From assembly GCA_963843575.1 (NCBI GenBank), contig CAWJKZ010000021.1:1-64000 (forward strand): a DNA stretch of 64,000 bases, given 5' to 3'. The position numbers were made by a program, and so were the translations under genes. The notes beneath the pieces are model-generated. The model was not told the DNA's origin. It did not search any database and was given only the letters and a program-made list of their open reading frames with translations. Shown one piece after another: positions 55,143 to 64,000 of the stretch. Position 1 is the stretch's first letter. Every line of letters begins with the position of its first letter. This DNA comes from an uncultured Acidobacteriota bacterium. Its GTDB lineage: Bacteria; Acidobacteriota; UBA6911.

Positions 55143-56105
55143 ATGGAATTCAGAGTCCTGGGAAAGACGAACCTGAAAGTTTCCCGAGTTTCGATGGGCA
55201 CCATGACGTTTGGCGGATCCGTCACGGCGGATGAGTCGGTCCGAATCGTCGATGCGTGCCTCCACAGCGGCATCAACTTCTTCGACACCGCGAACGTCTA
55301 CAACCTCGGGCAGGCGGAGAGCGCACTGGGAAGAGCGCTGCGCGGCCGCCGCCACCAGGTGGTGCTGGCCACGAAGGTGGGGATCAGGATGGGGGACGAG
55401 CCCGACGACGCCGGACTCGGCCGGGCGGCGATTCGGAAGGCCATTCACGGAAGTCTGACCCGGCTGGGCACCGACTGCGTGGACCTCTACTATCTCCACC
55501 GGCCCGATCCCGGCACCCGCATCGACGAAACGCTGGCGGTGATGGACGAGCTGGTCAGGGAGGGGAAGGTGCGGTACCCGGCCATCTCGAACTATCCGGC
55601 GTGGCAGGCCCTGGAAATGCTGTGGAAGTGCGACAACCACGGCTACACGCCGCCCACCGTGTCACAGCCGATGTACAACGTGGTGGCCCGGCGCATCGAA
55701 GACGAATACCTCCCTTTCTGCCGGCAGTACGGGATGGGGGTCGTCGTGTACAACCCGCTCGCGGGCGGCTTGCTTACCGGAAAGCACCATTTCGAACAGG
55801 CCCCGGCTCAGGGCACGCGCTTCGACGGGAACCGCATGTACCAGGACCGCTACTGGCATCGAGAGTACTTCGAAGCGGTCGACAGGCTCGCCGCCATAGC
55901 CCAGGAGCGGGGGCTGCTCCTCCCGGACCTGGCCTTTCGGTGGCTGCTCTCCCAGCCTGCGGTGGACAGCGTGCTCCTGGGTGCCTCGAGCCTGGCTCAG
56001 CTCGAACAGAACCTGGCCGCATGCCGTCAGCCCCCGCTCGAAGCCGACGTCCTGCACGAGTGCGGCGCCGCATGGCCGGCGCTGCGAGGCGTCGCTCCGA
56101 GGTAA
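55143..56105 (+). CDS. Aldo/keto reductase
   Basis: GTMTFG, FDTANVY, ATK, DLYYLHRPD, YNPLAGGLLTGK. Confidence 0.92.
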   Translation: MEFRVLGKTNLKVSRVSMGTMTFGGSVTADESVRIVDACLHSGINFFDTANVYNLGQAESALGRALRGRRHQVVLATKVGIRMGDEPDDAGLGRAAIRKAIHGSLTRLGTDCVDLYYLHRPDPGTRIDETLAVMDELVREGKVRYPAISNYPAWQALEMLWKCDNHGYTPPTVSQPMYNVVARRIEDEYLPFCRQYGMGVVVYNPLAGGLLTGKHHFEQAPAQGTRFDGNRMYQDRYWHREYFEAVDRLAAIAQERGLLLPDLAFRWLLSQPAVDSVLLGASSLAQLEQNLAACRQPPLEADVLHECGAAWPALRGVAPR

Positions 56106-56141
56106 TTGCAGCCCCTGCCGTCTTCGCGACCCTGGTGGACG

Positions 56142-57476
56142 ATGAATGATTTCTGGGCGCACGCCGCCGCGTTCGTGTGGGGACCGACAACGATCGTCCT
56201 CCTGATGGGGACCGGTGTCTACCTCTCCTTCCGGCTGCGCTGGAGCCACCTCCGGCGATTCGGTCTGGCCTGGCGCCTAGCCTCGCGTGGCCCTGCGCCG
56301 GAAACGGCGGCCGGAAGCCTGGGCGACATCTCGCCGTGGCAGTCCATGATGACGATGCTGGCCGGGGCCATCGGAAACGGCAACATCGCCGGGGTCGCCA
56401 CCGCAGTCGCGACGGGGGGACCGGGCGCCATCTTCTGGATGTGGGCGAGCGGCCTGCTCGCGATGGCGACGAAATACAGCGAGGCGGTGCTGGGCGGCCT
56501 CTACCGGGAGCGGCTGGACGACGGGACCACGGGGGGCGGGCCGATGTACTACCTCCGGATGGGCGTACGTTCCCCGGCGCTGGCGTGGACATTCGCGCTC
56601 GTGGCCGGGATGGCTGCCATGACGACGGGCCCGCTGGCCCAGACGAACTCGATCGCGCTGGTGCTCAATAGCGAGTTCCACATTCCCCGGTGGCTCTCCG
56701 GTGCCGCGATCGCGGTGGCCGCCTGGCTCGTGGTGATCGGCGGGATCCGCAGCATCGCCCGGTTCGCCGAGCGGCTCGTCCCACTCAAAATCATCCTCTA
56801 TGTCGGCGGTTCCCTTTTCGTCATCGGCGCCAACATTCAGGCGTTGCCCGACGCCATCCGGCTCATCTTCGTCCAGGCCTTCACCCCGACCGCGGCGCTC
56901 GGGGGCTTCGCCGGATCCTCGGTGCTGCTAGCGGCGCGCCTCGGGGCGGCCCGCGGGCTGTATGCCAACGAGGCCGGGCTCGGGACCGCGGCGATGGCTT
57001 ACGGCGCGGCCCGGAGCCGCGACCCGATCCGGCAGGGCCTTATCGCCACCGTGGACGTGTTCGTCATTACGTTTATCACCTGCACGATGACCGCGCTGGT
57101 GGTCACCGTCTCCGGCCGGTGGTCGAGCGGCCTGACCAGCACCGCGCTCGTCGCATCCGCGTTCAACTCCAAGATCCCCGTCCTCGGCGGCTGGATCGTC
57201 GCCCTGAGCTCATTCCTGTTCGGCTACTCGAACCTGGTGGGTTGGTCCTACTACGGCGAGCTCTGCTTCCGCTACATCTTCAGCTCGCGGGTGACACGTC
57301 TCTACTCGTGGATTTACTGCGGGCTGATCTTTGTGGGTGCGGTGTCCGATGTCCGGACCGTGTGGGATTATGCGGACACGATGAACGGGCTGCAGATATT
57401 TCCCAACCTGTTCGGCGTGCTGTTTCTCGCCCCGCAGGTCGCGGCCCTGACCGCCGCACGCACGGGCGCAGACTGA
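56142..57476 (+). CDS. Alanine/glycine:cation symporter (AGCS family)
   Basis: GNGNIAGVA, GGPGAIFWMW, GGPMYY, RGLYANEAGLG. Confidence 0.92.
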   Translation: MNDFWAHAAAFVWGPTTIVLLMGTGVYLSFRLRWSHLRRFGLAWRLASRGPAPETAAGSLGDISPWQSMMTMLAGAIGNGNIAGVATAVATGGPGAIFWMWASGLLAMATKYSEAVLGGLYRERLDDGTTGGGPMYYLRMGVRSPALAWTFALVAGMAAMTTGPLAQTNSIALVLNSEFHIPRWLSGAAIAVAAWLVVIGGIRSIARFAERLVPLKIILYVGGSLFVIGANIQALPDAIRLIFVQAFTPTAALGGFAGSSVLLAARLGAARGLYANEAGLGTAAMAYGAARSRDPIRQGLIATVDVFVITFITCTMTALVVTVSGRWSSGLTSTALVASAFNSKIPVLGGWIVALSSFLFGYSNLVGWSYYGELCFRYIFSSRVTRLYSWIYCGLIFVGAVSDVRTVWDYADTMNGLQIFPNLFGVLFLAPQVAALTAARTGAD

Positions 57477-57502
57477 CGAACGTCCGCGGCACTCCAATTC
57501 CT

Positions 57503-58957
57503 TCAACGCGCCCCGTCCCCGGCTGCGGCCGTCGGGTTCCCGATCAACCTGCTGACGCCGTATCCGACGGCGAAAGTGATCCCGGTGCCGATCAGCACAT
57601 ACCAGGTGAAGGCGATTCCGGTGAAATACCACACCCCCAGCATCGTGATGAGCCCGGCCGCCATCCCGACAATAGCACCGTTCTCGTTCGCCGTGCGCGT
57701 CAGGACTCCCAGCAGGAACACCCCAACCATGCTGCCGTAGGTGATCGAGGCGATCGTCAGCCCCGCTTCCAGCACCGAGCGCACGCCACGGGAGAGGATG
57801 GCGAGCACCACGAGGACGACGCCCCAGACCACGGTCATCCACCGCGAAACCAGCAGCTGGTGCGCGGCGCTCGCGTTCTTCCGGATGAAGGCAAGGTAGA
57901 AGTCGACGACGGTGGTGGAGGCGAGCGAATTGAGGGCGCTGCTCAGATTGGCCATCGCGGCCGCCAGGATCGCGGCGATCATGATTCCGGAAACCCCGTG
58001 CGGCAGGTGGTTAACGACGAAGGTCGGGAAAATCCGGTCGCGGGCCGCCGGGGCCGCCTCTTCCGGGTGGTAGAGGTAAAAGCTGAACAGCATGATGCCG
58101 ACCAACAGGAACAGGGCGAACTGAAAGAAAACAACCAGGCCGCTCGACAGCAGCGAGATCTTGCTCTCCCGCTCGGTGCGGGCCGCCAGCAGCCGCTGCA
58201 CGATCAACTGGTCCACGCCGTGACTCGCCGTGTTGAGGAACGCCCCGCCGATGACGCCGGCCCAGAAGGTGTAGGGAATGCGGTAGTCGAACGCGAAGTT
58301 CCATATGACGAGCTTGTGCCCCGCGTTGGCCAGCACTCCCGACCACCCTCCCGGGATCAACCAGAGAATGACGAAGAACGTGACCAGGGTGCCGCCGATA
58401 TAGATGGCGAGCTGCACGACGTCAGTCCAGATCACCGCCGTCAGACCTCCTTCGAACGTGTACAGGAGGGTCAGGCCGGAAATAATGAGTATCGACCAGA
58501 CATCGCCGGTGCCGAGGACCACGCTGACCACCGTGGCAATTGCCAGGACGCGCACGCCTTCGGCCAGGGCGCGGGTGATGAGGAACATACTCGCGGTGGC
58601 ATGCTTGATCCTCGCCCCGAAGCGCCGCTGCATGAGTTCGTAGGCGGTGTACATCTCCCCCTTGAAGTATGCGGGTATCAGAACGAGGCAGATAAACACG
58701 CGTCCGACCAGGTAGCCCATCACGAGCTGGAGGAATGTCAGGTCCCCACCGAAGGCTATCCCCGGGGTCCCGATGATGGTCAGGGTGCTGGTCTCGGTAG
58801 CGACGATTGACAACGACAGGGCCCAGGGTGGGATCGTCTTGCCCCCTAGGAAATACGTGTGGATCGACTGCTGCTTCTTTCGGAAATGGACGCCGAACAG
58901 CGTGATGGCGATGAGATACGCGACTACAATAGCCCCGTCAAACCAGCCAAAACCCAT
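57503..58957 (-). CDS. Sodium:solute symporter
   Basis: YFLGG, ATETS, GGLTAVIWTDVVQ, DQLIVQRLL, AAAMANLSSALNSLA. Confidence 0.92.
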   Translation of the reverse strand: MGFGWFDGAIVVAYLIAITLFGVHFRKKQQSIHTYFLGGKTIPPWALSLSIVATETSTLTIIGTPGIAFGGDLTFLQLVMGYLVGRVFICLVLIPAYFKGEMYTAYELMQRRFGARIKHATASMFLITRALAEGVRVLAIATVVSVVLGTGDVWSILIISGLTLLYTFEGGLTAVIWTDVVQLAIYIGGTLVTFFVILWLIPGGWSGVLANAGHKLVIWNFAFDYRIPYTFWAGVIGGAFLNTASHGVDQLIVQRLLAARTERESKISLLSSGLVVFFQFALFLLVGIMLFSFYLYHPEEAAPAARDRIFPTFVVNHLPHGVSGIMIAAILAAAMANLSSALNSLASTTVVDFYLAFIRKNASAAHQLLVSRWMTVVWGVVLVVLAILSRGVRSVLEAGLTIASITYGSMVGVFLLGVLTRTANENGAIVGMAAGLITMLGVWYFTGIAFTWYVLIGTGITFAVGYGVSRLIGNPTAAAGDGAR

Positions 58958-59112
58958 GCTTCCCCCTGAGATGCCGCCACGTGTACCGCACTTACCGTTC
59001 TGATTTCAATGTTTTTGTCGGTCGGATCCCAAAGGGGGGGCGGTGGATTTCCGGATCCGATGATCGGCGGCAGTGTGTTATCATTGCGGTTTTTCAAGGA
59101 GTGGAATCGGCT

Positions 59113-60950
<1,838 letters not shown>

Positions 60951-61101
60951 ACGTGCTCCTGCGATCGCCACGGGGCGGGCCCGCCCCTCACCGGGTCGAC
61001 TTGTTATATAGTGGGAATTACTTTGGGCACAATGGATATTGTGGGCGCTCGACCGCCCGCGCACATCCGGCCCGCCCGGCGCGGCCGGCCGCAACAAGTC
61101 T

Positions 61102-61130
61102 TCGACATATGGCGCGGCCGCCGCTATAAT
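61102..61130 (+). promoter_or_regulatory. Sigma70-type promoter for the DoxX-apbE unit
   Basis: TCGACA-17 nt-TATAAT. Confidence 0.65.
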
Positions 61131-61264
61131 CGCCGCCATGCAAAGCCCCGAGCCGTCTGCCGGCATGGAGCAGGTCGCCGGGGCGGTTCACAACGCACGG
61201 GAATACTCCTCGACGTTGCTGTCGCAGTGACGACGGGAAGTCATCATCATTCAAAGAGGTCTAT

Positions 61265-62812
61265 ATGGCGGAGACGACGGGCCGCGTGCTCACAAACACT
61301 CAAAAGGCAATCCTGACGATACTCCGGATTGCGATCGGGTGGCACTTCCTTTACGAGGGGGTTGCCAAGCTGTTCACCCCCGGCTGGAGCGCCGCACCCT
61401 ACCTGCAGACATCCACCTGGATTTTCTCGGATTTCTTCCGCTGGATTGCCTCGACGCCCTGGGCCCTGAAGGCGACGGACCTGTTCAATATCTGGGGCCT
61501 GATGCTGATCGGGGTCGGGCTCATGCTCGGAGTGGCGACCCGGGTTGTGAGCCTGTTCGGAATCGCGCTCCTGATGATGTACTACCTGGCGCACCCGCCC
61601 CTTATCGGCGCGGATTGGCGCCTCCCCGCCGAAGGCCACTACTTCATCGTGAACAAGAACCTGGTCGAGCTCCTCGCCCTCTCCCTTTTTGCCGTGTTTC
61701 CGACGCAGGCTTTCGCCGGCCTGGACCGGCTCTTCGCGGGCCTGCTGCGGCGACCGAAGCCGGCCGGATCCCCGGAATCCGCCTCCGACGCGAGAGCCCT
61801 GTCGCGCCGTGAACTCGTCGGCAACCTTGCCGCCGTGCCGGTGCTGGGGGCCTTCGCGTACGGCGCCTACAAGAAGAGCGATTTCGAAAGAGTCCACGCC
61901 ATCACCGGGGCCACCATCACCCTCCAGGAGGCGGCTCTGAAAGACCTGAAGGGCGAGCTCCCGGCCGGGACGGTCGGCAACCTCCAGATGACTCGGCTCA
62001 TTCTCGGCTGCAACCTGATCGGCGGGTGGGCGCACTCGCGGGATCTCCTGTATGTCTCCTCGCTGTTCAAGGCCTACAACACCGAGCGCAAGGTGTTCGA
62101 GACGATCGAGCTGGCCGAGAAGGCCGGCATCACAATGATGCAGCTCGTGACCGGGCAGTACCCGATGTTTCTGAAGTACACCAAGCTCGTGTCGAACAAG
62201 ATGCAGACGATGTGCCAGGTGTATCCGACCGAAAAGGACATGACGACCGACATAGACAAGGCGATCGACAGCGGGGCGACGACGCTCTATGTGCAGGGCG
62301 CATACGCCGAGCGCTTCGTGAAGGCCGGCAGAATGGATCTGCTCGGCCGCAGCCTGGATTACATGAAGAAGCAGGGTTTTGTCTCCGGCATCGGGGCGCA
62401 TTCGATCGAGGTGCCGATTGCGGTCGAGAAGGCCGGCCTCAACCCGGACTACTACGTGAAGACGATGCACCACGACCGCTACTGGTCCGCGCACCCGCGC
62501 GACAACCGCCAGGAGTGGTCCATCGACGGCAACCGCTCCGAGGATCACAACGGTTTTCACGACAACATGTTCGACCTCTTCCCAGAGCGCACGATCGAGT
62601 TCATGGCCACCGTGCAGAAACCGTGGGTGGCCTTCAAGGTGCTCGCCGGCGGGGCGATCCCCCCCCGCGACGGCTTCCAGTATGCCTTCGACAACGGCGC
62701 CGACTTCATCTGCGTCGGCATGTTCGATTTTCAGATCGTGGAGGATGTCAACATCACGCTCGAGGCGCTGTCGAAGTGCACGGCAAGGCGCACGCGTCCG
62801 TGGCTCGCTTAG
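61265..62812 (+). CDS. DoxX membrane domain fused to an AKR-like domain, with internal twin-arginine and TGAT motifs
   Basis: LRIAIGWHFLYEG...NKNLVE (DoxX), SRRELV plus hydrophobic helix, HAITGAT, GNLQMTRLILGCN, PWVAFKVLAGG. Confidence 0.8.
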   Translation: MAETTGRVLTNTQKAILTILRIAIGWHFLYEGVAKLFTPGWSAAPYLQTSTWIFSDFFRWIASTPWALKATDLFNIWGLMLIGVGLMLGVATRVVSLFGIALLMMYYLAHPPLIGADWRLPAEGHYFIVNKNLVELLALSLFAVFPTQAFAGLDRLFAGLLRRPKPAGSPESASDARALSRRELVGNLAAVPVLGAFAYGAYKKSDFERVHAITGATITLQEAALKDLKGELPAGTVGNLQMTRLILGCNLIGGWAHSRDLLYVSSLFKAYNTERKVFETIELAEKAGITMMQLVTGQYPMFLKYTKLVSNKMQTMCQVYPTEKDMTTDIDKAIDSGATTLYVQGAYAERFVKAGRMDLLGRSLDYMKKQGFVSGIGAHSIEVPIAVEKAGLNPDYYVKTMHHDRYWSAHPRDNRQEWSIDGNRSEDHNGFHDNMFDLFPERTIEFMATVQKPWVAFKVLAGGAIPPRDGFQYAFDNGADFICVGMFDFQIVEDVNITLEALSKCTARRTRPWLA

Positions 62813-62813
62813 T

Positions 62814-62905
62814 ACTGATGTTCACAGATACGCTGACATTTTTTTCAGGACGCGGATGAGCGCGGATCCCCACGGATCGACCTGGCGACAGGACGCGGCC
62901 GATCC
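62814..62905. repeat. Partial copy of the 8139-8344 MITE-like element (matches the reverse complement of its right part)
   Basis: ACTGATGTTCACAGATACGCTGACATTTTTTTCAGGACGCGGATGAGCGCGGATCCCCACGGATCGACCTGGCGACAGG aligns with few mismatches. Confidence 0.8.
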
Positions 62906-62930
62906 GGGTGATGCTTTGCAGCGCGCCGTG

Positions 62931-63965
62931 ATGTTGCTGGCCACGGCCTGCGCGCTGGCGACGGCCGCCTGTGCCCTGGGGCCGTCTGCGCCGGTGAGCG
63001 AGTCGTTCACGTCGATGGGGACGATCGCCTCGGTCTCAGTCTCCGCGGAGTACCGGGAAGACCTCGCTTCTCTCACCCAGACCATCAAGCTCGCCTTCCG
63101 GCAGCTCGAGGACCGGTTCACCACCTACCAGCCCGACAGCGAAATCTCGCAGCTTGGACGCTCCGCCGGCGCCCCGGTTGCCGTGTCTGAAGATACGGCG
63201 CGTATCCTCGGGCTGTCGAAACACTTCGGTGACCTGACGGGGGGGGCCTTCGATGTAACGGTCGCCCCGTTGGTGAGGCTCTGGGGCTTCGGGGTGCGTC
63301 CCCCGGCCAACCCGCCCCAGGCCGAGGAAATCCGGGAGCAGCTGCGCCTGGTCGATTACCGACGGATTGCGTTGGGCCCGCGGACGGCCTCCCTGCCCGC
63401 CGGCATGAGCGTCGACCTAGGAGCCATCGGGAAAGGCTACGCCGTCGATCGGGGATTCGAATTGCTCGGCCGTACCCGCGTAAAGGCCGCGATGCTGGAT
63501 CTCGGAGGCAACATCCGGGTCCTCGGCAGGCCCGGGACCGCGGAAGAGTGGACGATCGGGGTGCGCGACCCCTTCGACCGGAGCAGGCTGGTCGGGAAAC
63601 TCCGTTTGCCGGATGGGATGGCAGTGGCTACCTCCGGTAACTACGAGCGCTATGTCGATCTCGGCGGCCGGCGCTACGCGCACATCATCGATCCCCGCAC
63701 CGGCACTCCGGTCGCGGGGATGGCGGGCGTCACCGTAATCGCACCCGACGCCACCACTACCGATGCGCTCTCCACTGGTTTGTTCGTGCTCGGGATCGAG
63801 GTCGGCACGAAGGCACTACGACGCGTCCCGGGGGCTGCGGCCCTGTTCATCCCCGACCGCGAACCCGTTGAGCTCTGGTTGACGCCCGGGATGGAACAGT
63901 TGTTCCAGCCGGTTCCCGACTGCGCGCCGGCGGTGCGGCACACGAGTACGAATGCCTCCAGGTAG
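62931..63965 (+). CDS. apbE: FAD:protein FMN transferase (lipoprotein); start position uncertain
   Basis: LATAAC lipobox-like, MGT, SEIS, GAFDVTVAPLV.LWGF, DLGAIGKGYAVD, ATSGNYERY, HIIDPRTG, DALST. Confidence 0.92.
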   Translation: MLLATACALATAACALGPSAPVSESFTSMGTIASVSVSAEYREDLASLTQTIKLAFRQLEDRFTTYQPDSEISQLGRSAGAPVAVSEDTARILGLSKHFGDLTGGAFDVTVAPLVRLWGFGVRPPANPPQAEEIREQLRLVDYRRIALGPRTASLPAGMSVDLGAIGKGYAVDRGFELLGRTRVKAAMLDLGGNIRVLGRPGTAEEWTIGVRDPFDRSRLVGKLRLPDGMAVATSGNYERYVDLGGRRYAHIIDPRTGTPVAGMAGVTVIAPDATTTDALSTGLFVLGIEVGTKALRRVPGAAALFIPDREPVELWLTPGMEQLFQPVPDCAPAVRHTSTNASR

Positions 63966-64000
63966 GCGCGAGGCAGCTCGATTCACCGCAGCGCACGACC

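Overview
High-GC bacterial chromosomal window. It comes from a diderm (OmpA, TonB-type receptor, Tat/lipoprotein signals); Acidobacteriota-like gene content is my inference. It is mostly housekeeping and metabolic genes: thrC, ligA, a guaB-like gene, an M16 protease pair, a hypABFCDE operon, fadB-like, trmL, hpt, PPIases, transporters and a hybrid histidine kinase, plus one complete IS1380 element and two families of short dispersed repeats. At least eight genes carry single-base frameshifts, most consistent with long-read consensus errors. Two systems stand out. (1) At 21.9-27.0 kb, two small ORFs missing from the ORF track encode paralogous double-glycine-leader peptides with uncharged hydrophobic cores bracketed by two Cys. 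They are followed by an ABC permease/ATPase pair and a C39 peptidase-containing ABC transporter, i.e. a candidate new two-peptide bacteriocin/RiPP locus. (2) At 61.1-64.0 kb, a DoxX membrane protein with an internal twin-arginine motif, a TGAT flavinylation-like motif and an AKR-like domain lies next to an ApbE flavin transferase, i.e. a candidate extracytoplasmic electron-transfer module. All family assignments come from motif recognition, not database searches.
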